Assembly: GCA_963575745.1 (NCBI GenBank)
Contig: CAUYUJ010000026.1
Span: 1 to 64,000 of the forward strand
DNA: 64,000 nucleotides
Origin: Prorocentrum cordatum
Taxonomy: Eukaryota
Direction: 5' to 3'
The translations under genes and the position numbers were made by a program. Each line of letters begins with the position of its first letter. The stretch's first letter is position 1. Positions 44,524 through 57,778 of this stretch are shown in pieces. The notes below the pieces were generated by a model that was given only the letters and a program-made list of their open reading frames with translations, had not been told where the DNA came from and searched no databases.

Positions 44524-46471
44524 CCCAACCCTCCTTGGTTGGGTATTCGTTTTGAATAAAGCAGTGTGGTCTCCACTCCTTCCTTCCTTCCTCCTCCTCC
44601 CTCCCTGCCTCTTCCTGTCTTGCCTGCGGGGGGCTGCGATCTGTGAAACTGTCGCCATTTTCGAGGCCTGCTGGGGGGCCCAGCGCAGTGAGGGCCACGC
44701 GCGGATTCAAATTAGACCTCGCCATCCCTGGGGGGCTGCGATCTGTGAAACTGTCGCCATTTTCGAGGCCTGCTGGGGGGCTCAGCACAGTAAGGGCGAC
44801 GCGCGGACCCAAATTAGACCTCGCCATCCCTGGGGGGCTGCGATCTGTGAAACTGTCGCCACTTTCGAGGCCTGCTGGGGGGCCCAGCACAGTGGGTACT
44901 CACCGCAGACTCACATGGGACGTCGCCATCCCTGGGGGGCAGCGATCTGTGAAACCTGTCGCCGCTTTCGAGGCATGCTGGGGGGCCCAGCACAGTGGGT
45001 ACTCACGGCAGATTCAGATGAGACCTCGCCATCCCTGGGGGGCTGCGATCTGTGAAACTGTCGCCACTTTCGGGGCCTGCTGGGGGGCCCAGCACAGTGA
45101 GGGCCACACGCAGATTCAAATTAGACCTCGCCATCCCTGGGGGGCTGCGATCTGTGAAACTGTCGCCACTTTCGAGGCCTGCTGGGGGGCCCAGCACAGT
45201 GGGTACACACGGCGGACTCAAATGGGACCTCGCCATCCATGGGGGGCTGCGATCTGTGAAACTGTCGCCACTTTCGAGGCCTGCTGGGGGGCCCAGCACA
45301 GTGGGTACCCACGGCGGACTCAAATGGGACCTCGCCATCCCTGGGGGGCTGCGATCTGTGAAACTGTCGCCACTTTCGAGGCCTGCTGGGGGGCCCAGCG
45401 CAGTGACGCCACGCGCGGATTCAAATTAAACCTCGCCATCCCTGGGGGGCTGCGATCTGTGAAACTGTCGCCACTTTCGAGGCCTGCTGGGGGGCCCAGC
45501 ACAGTGGGTACCCACGGCGGATTCAAATTAGACCTCGCCATCCCTGGGGGGCTGCGATCTGTGAAACTGTCGCCACTTTCGAGGCCTGCTGGGGGGCCCA
45601 GCACAGTGACGCCACGGGCGGACCCAAATTAGACCTCGCCATCCCTGGGGGGCTGCGATCTGTGAAACTGTCGCCACTTTCGAGGCCTGCTGGGGGGCCC
45701 AGCACAGTGACGCCACGGGCGGATTCAAATTAGACCTCGCCATCCCTGGGGGGCTGCGATCTGTGAACTGTCGCCACTTTCGAGGCCTGCTGGGGGGCCC
45801 AGCACAGTGACGCCACGGCGGATTCAAATTAGATCTCGCCATCCCTCGGGGGCTGCGATCTGTGAAACTGTCGCCATTTTCGAGGCCTGCTGGGGGGCCC
45901 AGCACAGTGACGCCACGCGCAGATTCAAATTAGACCTCGCCATCCTGGGGGCTGCGCTCTGTGAACTGTCGCCATTTTCGAGGCCTGCTGGGGGGCCCAG
46001 CACAGTGACGCCACGGGCGATCAAATTAGACCTCGCCATCCCTGGGGGGCTGCGATCTGTGAAACTGTCGCCACTTTCGAGGCCTGCTGGGGGGCCCAGC
46101 ACAGTGACGCCACGGGCGGACCAAATTAGACCTCGCCATCCCTGGGGGGCTGCGATCTGTGAAACTGTCGCCACTTTCGAGGCCTGCTGGGGGGCCCAGC
46201 ACAGTGACGCCACGCGCGGACCCAAATTAGACCTCGCCATCCCTGGGGGGCTGCGATCTGAGATCCCTGCTTTCGAAGTGGCTAGGGTTGCTCAGGGGTT
46301 GTAACTAATCAGCTTTATCTAGTCCTTGTCCTGTAGCCAGTGTCCTGCGAGTCTCCCGAATTCCGTCTGCAGACATATGTAACCCTCGCTCCGTCATCCT
46401 CCCCCTTATAAAATGTTCTAAACTATTTGCGCCCCGCGTTTGCGCAGTGGTTGGGTAGGTCGCCAGGGTAA
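44524..46471 (+). mobile_element. Family A copy 4
   Basis: Same termini and satellite as copy 1. Confidence 0.75.
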
Positions 46472-46570
46472 TATTTTTTGTGTGACTATTTCTGATTTTG
46501 CCTCCCAAATTCGCCTGTAGGGGGACATGCCCGACCTGAGCTTAGTTGACCCTTGTTTTTTTGTGTTTTT

Positions 46571-47680
46571 ACCTAACAGCGAAGACTGATAGGTTTCTAG
46601 TGGGGTCAAAAGAGAGCAGCAGATGACTCCACAGGGGGGTCCGGGCGGCATCCGGGGAGCTGGGTCCGAATTCGTTTTTCGCAAACAGTCACACACTTCG
46701 TGCTCTTCGACCTCCCAGAACTCCATTCCCGGGCCACATTCTGAATGCCCGGAGCCAACTGTAGTCCACTTCGTGCTCTTCGACTGCCCAGAACTCATTC
46801 CCGGGCGACATTTTGAATGCCCGGAGCCAACTGTAGGCCACTTCGTGCTCTTCGACTTCCCAGAACTCCATTCCCGGGCCACATTTTGAATGCCCGGAGC
46901 CAACTGTAGGCCACTTCGTGTTCTTCGACCTCCCAGAATTCCATTCCTGGGCCACATTCTGAATGCCCGGAGCCAACTGTTGGCCACTTCGTGCTCTTAG
47001 CCTTCCCAAAACTCCATTCCCGGGCCACATTTTGAATGCCCGGAGCCAACTGTAGGCCACTTCGTGTTCTTCGACCTCCCAGAACTTCATTCCCGGGCCA
47101 CATTTTGAATGCCCGAAGCCACCTGTACGCCACTTCGTGCTCTTAGCTTTCCCAAACCTTATTCCCGGGCCACATTTTGAATGCCCGGAGCCAACTGTTG
47201 GCCACTTCGTGCAGCAGGACGAGGTGGAGAACTTCACTTCTTGAAAACGATGAGTCGTTCGACAGTCCACTCATTGATAGCAGTGTCTCGTTCGAAGATG
47301 GGCTGATTCATCGAAGTGTCTCGTTTGTATTACTCTTGCTAATAGTGTTTCTAATGCTAGTTCTCGTTCACTGCACCCACTACAACTACTACTTCACTGT
47401 TACCACTACTACCGTCACTGCTACTTTTACTGCTACTACTACTGTTGCTGTTGCTGTTGCTGCTGCTGCTGCTGCTCCTGTAGGTATTGCTACTGCAACT
47501 ACTGGCAATGCCATTGCGACTGCGACTGGGACTGATGTTGCCACTGCGACTGCCACTGCGAATCCGAATGCGACTGCGAGAACAAAAAACATTCTACACC
47601 AGCACTCCTACATGAATACCATGGCAATGCTTCCAGCTATGCTTTTACACATCGCTGTTAGGTTGCTTTGCCGGGATAGT
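46571..47680 (+). mobile_element. Helentron-like family C copy 1 with ~72-bp tandem repeat
   Basis: Subterminal inverted repeat acctaacagcga / tcgctgttaggt; 5' hairpin cctaacag..ctgatagg; units cacttcgtgctcttcgac...cccggagccaactgtaggc. Confidence 0.7.
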
Positions 47681-48019
47681 GTTCTGTTTTTACCGTCAGC
47701 GCGTGCATCGTTCCATGCCGCCGCCCGCCCGCCCGCCGCTGGACAGGTGGCGCGGCGGTGTGCTGGGAGGCAGCGCTGCGGCCAAGAGGAGCGGCAGCAT
47801 CATCGGGAGGAGGAGGATGAGGAGCAGGAGAAGGAGTTGGAGGAGGGAAAGAGCATGAGGAAGCAAGGATCAACGATGAGGATGAGGAGGAGAACGAAGG
47901 AGGGATATGGATCAGGAAGGAGGGGGGATGCGGAGGCGGAGGAGGAGGAGGAGGAGGAGGAGGAGGAGGAGGAGGAGGAGGAGGAGGAGGAGGAGGAGGG
48001 TGGGTGAGGAGTATGCGGG

Positions 48020-48560
48020 AAATTCATTTGCCGAACTTGAAGTTGTCAACTCCACTGCTCGCGCAATCATTCCACCCACCCACCCGCAACTTGGTTTGCA
48101 AAACTCATGCGGAAGCGATTGGGATGAGTGCTGGGTGTTGGCTGGTGCATGTCTGCGGCCGCGCTAGCCCGCGCATGCTCGCGCGCGCAACGGACAGCTA
48201 GTTTGGCGCGACCGACGCGAACGCGGTGGCGCTGACCGCTTGGTACATCCCAGCGGGCACTTCAGTGCGAGTCGGCGACTTGGGCGGGCGCGGTAGCATG
48301 GCAACGTCGACAACGGTAGACACGATGATGATAGTAGCGATGCTGTTGACGCTGCTGACAGCGACGACGGGGCAGCCAGTGACGGCGCCGATGCTGATCA
48401 CGCCGACGACGATGACGGCGTCTATGCGTCGGTGATCAAGGTTTTGGCAGGAATTCGAAATGCGCGCGCGGCAAACGGGCGAGAGTGTCGCGCGTGGTAG
48501 TATTTGACACGGATCGTGCCACCCCAACACGCGCGCAAAATTGCGTTCGAACGATTTCGA
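48020..48560 (+). repeat. Dispersed repeat, homologous to 63498-64000
   Basis: Colinear similarity, e.g. tgccgaa.ttgaagttgtca.c.ccactgctcgcgca..cattccacccacccacccgca. Confidence 0.8.
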
Positions 48561-48679
48561 CATGCGCGCGCGCGAAGTTCGTTTGGTAGCATTTTTTGAG
48601 AAGGTTGAAAGCTTTGAAAAAAAGAAAAAAATCGCATCGGTGCGCTCACGCTTTTGTTGAACATGCGTGTTGTGATTTT

Positions 48680-49970
48680 ACCTATCAGCGAAGATTGATA
48701 GGTTTCTAATGGGGTCAAAAGAGATCAGCAGATGACTCCACAGGGGGTCCGGGCGGCATCCAGGGGGGCTGGGTCCGAATTCGCTTTTTGCAAACAGTCA
48801 CACACTTCGTGCTCTTCGACCTCCCAGAACTCCATTCCCGGGCCACATTCTGAATGCCCGGAGCCAACTGTAGTCCACTTCGTGCTCTTCGACTTCCCAG
48901 CACTCCATTCCCGGGCGACATTTTGAATGCCCGGAACCAACTGTAGGCCACTTCGTGCTCTTCGACTTCCCAGAACTCCATTCCCGGGCTACATTTTGAA
49001 TGCCCGGAGCCAACTGTAGGCCACTTCGTGCTCTTCGACTTCCCAGAATTTCATTCCCGGGCCACATTTTGAATGCCCGGAGCCAACTGTAGGCCACTTC
49101 GTGTTCTTAGCTTTCCCAGAAATTCATCCGGGCCACATTTTGAATGCCCGGAGCCAACTGTTGGCCACTTCGTGCTCTTCGACCTCCTAGAACTCAATTC
49201 CCGGGCCACATTTTGAATGCCCGAAGCCACCTGTACGCCACTTCGTGCTCTTCGAATTTCCAGAACGCCATTCCCGGGCTACATTTTGAATGCCCGGAGC
49301 CAACTGTTGGCCACTTCGTGCAGCAGGACGAGGAGGACAAGGACCAGCAAGAGGACGAGGAGGAGGAGGAGGAGGAGGAGGAGGAGGACGAAGAGGAGGA
49401 GCCAGAGAAGCAGGACGAGCAGGAGGAGGAGGAGGAGGAGGAGGAGGAGGAGAGGAGGACGAGCCGAGGAGGAGAGGGGCCGGCTGCCCCGCTGCCTGCC
49501 CCGGCCGGCTGCACGAGGAGGAGGAGACGATCAAGACGAGGAGGACGAGGACAGCAGGGAGGGAGGAGGAGAGGAGAGGAGGAGGAGGAGGAGGAGGAGG
49601 AGGAGGAGGAGGAGGAGGAAGAGGGGAGGCCGGCCGGCTGCCCCAGCGCTAGTTCTCGTTCACTGCACCCACTACAACTACTACTTCATTGTTACCACTA
49701 CTACCGTCACTGCTACTTTTACTGCTACTACTACTGTTGCTGTTGCTGCTGCTGCTGCTGCTGCTCCTGTAGGTATTGCTACTGCAACTACTGGCAATGC
49801 CATTGCGACTGCGACTGGGACTGATGTTGCCACTGCGACTGCCACTGCGAATCCGAATGCGACTGCGAGAACAAAAAACATTCTACACCAGCACTCCTAC
49901 ATGAATACCATGGCAATGCTTCCAGCTATGCTTTTACACATCGCTGTTAGGTTGCTTTACTGGGATAATT
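48680..49970 (+). mobile_element. Family C copy 2
   Basis: Same termini, 72-bp array and 3' block as copy 1; different middle segment. Confidence 0.7.
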
Positions 49971-50310
49971 TTAGTACATATAGCATGATATTTGGACAGT
50001 TGATTTTGATATCCCGCCGAAGCCGACGTTTTTCTGAAGGATTTCGGCATGCGCGCGCGCCGACGCGCGCGTGTGCACTTCGTCCAGTTTTTTGGCAAGG
50101 GATTTTGAAAACACTTATGGTTTTGGATGGACGAGTGTGCGCGCCCAGTATATTTTGCAAGGGAACGGAGGGGTGGCCGATACCGGCCTAAATGGGATAG
50201 TATGAATTCACAGGTCGGATGGACATTGGTCAGAAACAAATGTGTTTTGCCGCGGTCCCCGGGGAGTCGATAGGTCCCAGGGGGGGCGGGGGTGGTAGAA
50301 CTAGATTTTT

Positions 50311-51787
50311 CCGAACACTCCTTGGTTGGGTATTCGTTTTGAATAAAGCAGTGTGGTCTCCACTCCTTCCTTCCTTCCTCCTCCTCCCTCCCTGCCTCTT
50401 CCTGTCTTGCCTGCGGGGGGCTGCGATCTGTGAAACTGTCGCCATTTTCGAGGCCTGCTGGGGGGCCCAGCAAAGTGAGGGCCACGCGCAGATTCAAATT
50501 AGACCTCGCCATCCCTGGGGGGCTGCGATCTGTGAAACTGCGCCATTTTCGAGGCCTGCTGGGGGGCCCAGCACAGTGAGGCGACGCGCAGATTCAAATT
50601 AGACCTCGCCATCCCTGACCTCGCCATCCCTGGGGGGCTGCGATCTGTGAAACTGTCGCCATTTTCGAGGCCTGCTGGGGGGCTCAGCACAGTGAGGGCG
50701 ACGCGCAGATTCAAATTAGACCTCGCCATCCCTGCGGGGGGCTGCGATCTGTGAAACTGTCGCCACTTTCGAGGCCTGCTGGGGGGCCCAGCAAGTGAGG
50801 GCCCCGCGCAGATTCAAATTAGACCTCGCCATCCCTGGGGGGGCTGCGATCTGTGAAACTGTCGCCATTTTCGAGGCCTGCTGGGGGGCTCAGCACAGTG
50901 AGGGCGACGCGCAGATTCAAATTAGACCTCGCCATCCCTGGGGGGGCTGCGATCTATGAAACTGTCGCCACTTTCGAGGCCTGCTGGGGGGCTCAGCACA
51001 GTGAGGGCGACGCGCAGATTCAAATTAGACCTCGCCATCCCTGGGGGGGGCTGCGATCTGTGAAACTGTCGCCACTTTCGAGGCCTGCTGGGGGGCCCAG
51101 CGCAGTGGGTACCCACGGCGGACTCAAATGGGACCTCGCCATCCTTGGGGGGCTGCGATCTGTGGAATTGTCGCCACTGTCGAGGCCTGCTGGGGGGCCA
51201 GCACAGTTACGCACGCGCGTACCCAAATTATACCTCGCATCCCTGGGGGGCTGCGATCTGTTGCAAATGTCGCCACTTTCGCGGCCTGCTGGGGGACCCG
51301 CACAGTGACGCCACGCGCGGACCCAAATGGGACCTTTCGCCATCCCTGGGGGGCTGCGATCTGCGAAACTGTCGCCATTTTCGAGGCCTGCTGGGGGGCA
51401 CAGCACAGTGAGGGCCACGGGCGGACCCAAATTAGACCTCGCCATCCCTGGGGGGCTGCGATCTGTGAAACTGTCGCCATTTTCGAGGCCTGCTGGGGGG
51501 CCCAGCACAGTGAGGGCCACGGGCGGACCCAAATTAGACCTCGCCATCCCTGTGGGGCTGCGATTCTGAATATCCACCCCGCTGTTCGAAGTGTGGCTAT
51601 GTTGGGCGCGAGCCTTGCCGACACCAATGCAAGGACCCGAGCCTCCCTGTAGCCAGTGCCCTGCGAGTCTCCCGAACTCCGTCTGCAGACATATGAAACC
51701 CTCGCTCCGTCATCGCCCCCCTTATAAAGTGTCCTAAATTATTTGCGCCCCGCGTTTGCGCAGGGGTTGGGTACGTCGCCAAGGTAT
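50311..51787 (+). mobile_element. Family A copy 5
   Basis: Same termini and satellite. Confidence 0.75.
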
Positions 51788-51791
51788 TTTT

Positions 51792-53475
51792 CCCGGAAAG
51801 GGCGCGGGCCCAGGGTTCTCTTTTTCTATGTAAACATGTCCCCGGTGCCCAACTTGAAGGAGGCCGGCGAAATTTTTCCCTGATAAATATCGAGGTCGAA
51901 GGAGGCCGGCGAAATTATTTTTGAGGATGTCTCAGGCGAAACGCTTGTTTTTCAGAATTTGTTGAGGATGTCTCGAGCGAGACGCTGGTTTTGCAGAGTT
52001 GAGGATGTCTCGAGCGAAACGCTTGCTCCGCAGAGTTTGCCGAGGATGTCTCGAGCGAAACGCTTGTTTTGCAGAGCCGACCGCGACGCGGAAAAGCGCC
52101 CCGCGCGAAGGAATTTCGATGATGTCTCGACTAATTCCTTTGTTTTTGTACGATTTCCTGGAATTTTGGCAGGATGTCTCGAGCGAAATGCACGACCCCA
52201 CCCTAGCACGACCATACCCAGCACGACCACACCCCAGCACGACCAGACCCCAGCACGACCCCACCCCAGCACGACCCCACCCCAGCACGACCATACCCCA
52301 GCACGACCACACCCCAGCACGACCCGACCGCAGCACGAGCACGCCCCAGCAAGACCACACCCCAGCACGACCACACCACAGCACGACCTCACCACAGCAC
52401 GACCACACCCCACACGACACGCCCAGCACGCCCAGCCAGACCACGCCCAGTAGCACGACCCCACAGCACGACCCCAGCACGACCATACCCCAGCACGACC
52501 ACACCCCAGCACGACCCGACCCCAGCACGACCAGCACCACACCCCAGCACGACCAAACCCCAGCACGACCACCAGCACGACCCCACCCCACGACCACGCA
52601 CGACCACACCCCAGCACGACCACCCCCCGAGCACGACCACCCCAGCACGACCATACCCCAGCACGACCACACCCCAGCACGACCACGCACGACTAGCAAG
52701 ACCACACCCCAGCACGACCACACCCCAGCACGACCACCACAGCACGACCACACCCCAGCACGACCACGCCCCAGCACGACCACGCCCCAGCACGAGCACA
52801 CGCCCCAGCACGACCACGCCCCAGCACGACCACAGCACGACCAGCCCCAGCACGACCACACCCCAGCACGACCACACCCCAGCACGACCACAGCACGACC
52901 ACACCCCAGCACGACCACACCCCAGCACGACCACACACCACCAGCACGACCACACCCCAGCACGACCCCACCCCAGCACGACCCCACCCCAGCACGACCC
53001 CACCCTAGCAAGACCACACCCCAGCACGACCACACCCCAGCACGACCTCACCACAGCACGACCACACCCCAGCACGACCACGCCCCAGCACGACCACGCC
53101 CCAGCACGACCACGCCCCAGCACAACCACCCCCCAGCACGACCACCCCCCCAGCACGACCACACCCCAGCACGACCACCCCCCAGCACGACCACACCCCA
53201 GCACGACCACTCCCCAGCACGACCACACCGCCTTGGTTGAGTGGTTGCCTGTCGTCGTGGAATGTTTCGTGGGGTGTCTCGTGGAATGTTTCGCGGGGTG
53301 TCTCGTGGAATGTTTCGTGAGGTGTCTCGCGGAATGTTTCGTGAGGTGTCTCGTGGGATGTTTCGTGAGGTGTCTCGTGGGATGTTTCGTGAGGTGTTGC
53401 CCCGTTGGGTATCGTGAAAACGTGCCCATGCTCCACATGTCTATATCCCTTTCCGGGTTCGTGGGTCCATCATGT
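51792..53475 (+). mobile_element. Helentron-like family B copy 1, containing a 16-bp (CCCCAGCACGACCACA)n array (~52190-53230) and a 24-bp array (~53257-53396)
   Basis: Subterminal inverted repeat cccggaaagg / cctttccggg; 3' end ttcgtgggtc.atcatg then T run. Confidence 0.7.
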
Positions 53476-53477
53476 TT

Positions 53478-55009
53478 CCCGGAAAGGGCTTGAGCCCAGG
53501 GTTCTCTTTTAGATGGTTTCCCCCCGGGTTTGACGGGAAGAGGGCCGGCGAATTTCTTTTGCGATAAATAACGAGTGGGAAGAGGGCCGGCGAATTAAAA
53601 TTTGAGGATGTCCCTAGCGAAACGCTTGTTTTTCAGAATTTGTTGAGGATGTCTCGAGCGAAACGCTGGTTTTGCAGAGTTGGGGATGTCTCGAGCGAAA
53701 CGCTTGTTTTCAGAATTTGTTGAGGATGTCTCGAGCGAAACGCTGGTTTTGCAGAGCCGACCGCGACGCGGAAAAGCACCCCGCGCGCAGGAATTCCGAT
53801 GATGTTTCGCGCGTGCCGCGTCCCGCGCGCAGGAATTTCGAGGATGTCTCTACTAATTCGTTTGTTGTTCGAGGATTTCCTTGAATTTTGGCAGGATGTC
53901 TCGAGCGAAATGCTTGTCTTTCATAATTTGTTGAAGACGTTTCGAGCGAAACGCTGGTTTTGCAAAATTTAGGGGATGTCTCGAGCGGGGGCCTCGTGGG
54001 GGGCCTCGTGGGGGTCCAGAATTCAGAGGATGTCTCAGGCGAAATGCTTGTTTTCACGTCCCGCTCGCAAGAATTCCGAGGATGTCTCGCGCGTGCCGCG
54101 TCCCGCGCGCAGGAATTCTGAGGATGTTGGCAGGATGTCTCGAGCGAAACGCTTGTCCCCAGCACGTTCCGTAGCGCGTCCCCTTGGCACGTCCCGCGGT
54201 GCGTCCCCATGGCACGTCCCTTGGCACGTCGCTTGGCGGGTCCCTTGAGACGTTCCGCGTCGCGTCCTCCTGGCATGTCCCCTTGTCAATTAGCTCTGGG
54301 GCAGCTACTATGTGTTCAGGCAGCTCGAGCTTAAGATCCAGATCAGTTCGGTCAGGACTCGGATGCAAAGGAGGACTCGATCCACGAAGCTAGAGCACAA
54401 TCGCGGCATGGCACATCGCAATTCAGCACGGCGCAGCACAGGACAGATTTCGGCACGGTACATCAAGATCGATACACTCAGCATTGCAACTTGGCACGTT
54501 CCTTGGCACGTTCCGTGGGGCGTCCCTTGGCGAGTCCCCCTGGCACGTTGCGTGGCGCGTCCCCTGGCACATCCCGTGGCACATCCATTGGCACGTTCCG
54601 TAGCGCGTCCCCTTGGCACGTCCCGCGGTGCGACCCCATGGCACGTCCCCTGGCACGCCGCCTGGCGCCATCCCTTGGGACGTTTCGCGGCGCGTCCTCC
54701 TGGCATGTTCCCCTGTCAATTAGCTCTTGGGCAGCTACTATGTGTTCAGGCAGCTCGAGCTTAAGATCCAGATCAGTTCGGTCAGGACTCGGATGCAAAG
54801 GAGGACTCGATCCACGACGCTATAGAGCACAATCGCGCCATGGCACATCGCAATTCAGCACGGTGCAGCACAGCACAGCCCTCGGCAGGGTACATCAAGC
54901 TCGATACACTCAGCATTGCATGTGCCCGTCACCCAATCAGTTGTCTTTGAAAACATTGCCATGCATTACATTTCAATATTCCTTTCCGGGTTCGTGGGTC
55001 GATCATGTT
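53478..55009 (+). mobile_element. Family B copy 2
   Basis: Same termini; gaggatgtctcgagcgaaacgc repeats and two ~420-bp units. Confidence 0.7.
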
Positions 55010-55017
55010 GGGGTAAA

Positions 55018-57540
55018 ATTACCTTGTGACGTACCCAACCCAATTGTATCAATGGAAACGAGGAGTTGGCCGAAACTTGTATGGACAGTCAACTTGATGT
55101 GTAAGCTACTTGGGAGGCGTCACTGTGCTGGGCCCCGCCAGCAGGCCTCGAAAGTGGCGACAGTTTCACAGATCGCAGCCCCCCAGGGATGGCGAGGCCT
55201 AATTTGGGTCCGGCGTCGCTGTGCTGGGCCCCTCAGCAGCCCTCGAACGTGGCGACAGTTTCACAGATCGCAGCCCCCCGGGGATGGCGAGGTCTAATTT
55301 GGGTCCGCCCGTCGCCCTCACTGTGCTGGGCCCCCCAGCAGGCCTCGAAAGTGGCGATAGTTTCACAGATCGCAGCCCCCCAGGGATGGCGAGGTCCCAT
55401 TTGAGTCCGCCGTGGGTACCCACTGTGCTGGGCCCCCCAGCAGGCCTTGAAAGTGGCGACAGCTTCACAGATCCCAGCCCCCCAAGGATGGCGAGGTCAC
55501 ATTTGAGTCCGCCGTGGGTACCCACTGTGCTGGGCCCCCCCAGCAGCCTTCGGAAGTGGTGACAGTTTCGCAGATCGCAGCCCCCCAGGGATGGCGAGGT
55601 CCAATTTGAGTCCGCCGTGTGTACCCACTGTGCTGGGCCCCCCAGCAGCTTTCGAAAGTGGCGACAGTTTCGCAGATCGCAGCCCTCCAGGGATGGCGAG
55701 GTCCCATTTGATTCCGCCGTGGGTGCAGACTGTGCTGCCCCCCAGCAGTCCTCGAAAGTGGCGACCGTTTCACGGATCGCAGCCCCCCAGGGATGGCGAG
55801 GTCTAATCTGAGTCCGCCGCGGGTGCAGACTGTGCTGGGATGGCGAGGTCCCATTTGATTCCGCCGTGGGTGCAGACTGTGCTGGGCCCCCCAGCAGGCT
55901 TCGAACGTGGCGACAGTTTCACAGATCGCAGCCCCCCAGGGATGGGGAGGTCTAATCTGAGTCCCCGTAAGACGTCACTGTGCTGGGCCCCTCAGCAGCC
56001 TTCGAAAGTGGCGACAGTTTCACGGATCGCAGCCCCACAGCGATGGCGAGGTCTAATCTGAGTCCCCGTAAGACGTCACTGTGCTGGGCCCCCCAGCAGC
56101 CTTCGAAAGTGGCGACAGTTTCGCAGATCACAGCCCCCCAGGGATGGCGAGGTCCCATTTGAGTCCGCCGCGGGTGCAGACTGTGCTGGGCCCCCCAGCA
56201 GGTCTCGAACGTGGCGACAGTTTCGCAGATCGCAGCCCCCCAGGGATGGCGAGGTCCCATTTGAGCCCGCCGCGGGTGCAGACTGTGCTGGGCACCCCAG
56301 CAGGCTTCGAAAGTGGCGACAGTTTCGCAGATCGCAGCCCCCCAGGGATGGCGAGGTCCCATTTGATTCCGCCGCGGGTGCAGAGTGTGCTGGGCCCCCC
56401 AGCAGGCCTCGAAAGTGGCGACAGTTTCACAGATCGCAGCCCCCCCAGGGATGGCGAGGTTTAATCTGAGTCCCCGTAAGACGTCACTGTGCTGGGCCCC
56501 TCAGCAGCCTTCGAAAGTGGCGACAGTTTCGCAGATCGCAGCCCCCCAGGGATGGCGAGGTCTAATCTGAGTTTCCGTAAGACGTCACTGTGCTGGGCCC
56601 CCCAGCAGCCTTCGAACGGGCGACAGCTTCACAGATCGCAGCCCCCCAGGGATGGCGAGGTCTAATCTGAGTCCCCGTAAGACGTCACTGTGCTGGGCCC
56701 CCCAGCAGGCTTCGAACGTGGCGACAGTTTCACAGATCGCAGCCCCCCAGGGATGGCGAGGTGTAATCTGAGTCCCCGTAAGACGTCACTGTGCTGGGCC
56801 CCTCATCAGCTCTCGAAAATGGCGACAGTTTCACGGCTCGCAGCCCCACAGCGATGGCGAGGTGTAATCTGAGTCCCAGTAAAACGTCACTGTGCTGGGC
56901 CCCCAGCAGCCCTCGAAAGTGGCGACAGTTTCACAGATCGCAGCCCCCCAGGGACGGCGAGGTTTAATCTGAGTCCCCGTAAGACGTCACTCCGCTGCCC
57001 TTCCCAGCAGTCCTCGAAAGTGGCGACCGTTTCACGGATCGCAGCCCCCCAGGGATGGGGAGGTCTAATCTGAGTCCCCGTAAGACGTCACTGTGCTGGG
57101 CCCCTTCAGCAGCCTTCGAAAGTGGCGACAGTTTCACGGATCGCAGCCCCACAGCGATGGCGAGGTCTAATCTGAGTCCCCGTAAGACGTCATTGTGCTG
57201 GGTACCCCAGCAGCCCTCGAAAGTGGCGACAGTTTCGCAGATCGCAGCCCCCCAGGGATGGCGAGGTCCCATTTGATTCCGCCGCGGGTGCAGACTGTGC
57301 TGGGCCCCCCAGCAGCCCTCGAAAGTGGCGACAGTTTCGCAGATCGCAGCCCCCCAGGGGTGGCGAGGTTTAATCCGAGTCCCCGTAAGACGTCACTGTA
57401 CTGGGCCCCCAGCAACCCGCGAAAGTGGCGACATTTTCACATATCGGGAGAAGGGAGGAGAGGAGGGGGACGGGAAGGAGGAGGGGAGACGCGACCGCAG
57501 TGCTCTATTCAAAACGAGTACCCAACCAAGGAGGGTTGGT
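55018..57540 (-). mobile_element. Family A copy 6, inverted
   Basis: Reverse-complement termini (cccaaccaaggagggttgg near 57521; ttaccttgtgacgtacccaaccc near 55019) and inverted 101-bp satellite. Confidence 0.75.
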
Positions 57541-57778
57541 AACAAAAATGGAGAATGACGGGGATGGAAAAACGCACGGCTTGGGGGGAGGCAATCCGTG
57601 GGTCGAGCTCTGGCAGAACACAGGCCGACTCTGCAACACTCGACGTCCACCTCTTCATTTGTGTCTTGTTTCTGGACCGTTCGAGTCTGTGTTCGCGTAT
57701 CCATGTTTGGCAAGAACATCGAGGTGGTAAGCTGTCGCATTTTCTGCGTAGGTATTTCGGAGGCACGTGGTGATTTTT

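Larger units (their letters stand above)
40376..46539. mobile_element. MITE family D, copy 2, split by ~6 kb of nested family A elements
   Basis: Left TIR ttaagtcgggcgtgtcgctctgcagg, right TIR cctgtagggggacatgcccgacctga; 8-bp TSD gcttaatt / gcttagtt. Confidence 0.8.

Noticed and set aside
42915..57542. Repeat-protein ORFs (MARSNL.../CWGAQHS..., and QHDHTP/WSCWG types)
   Set aside because: Unit lengths of 101 and 16 bp are not multiples of three and indels are frequent; non-coding satellites
57541..57778. Unique spacer between A6 and B3 (also 59306-59881)
   Set aside because: No motif or frame I can assign; left unannotated
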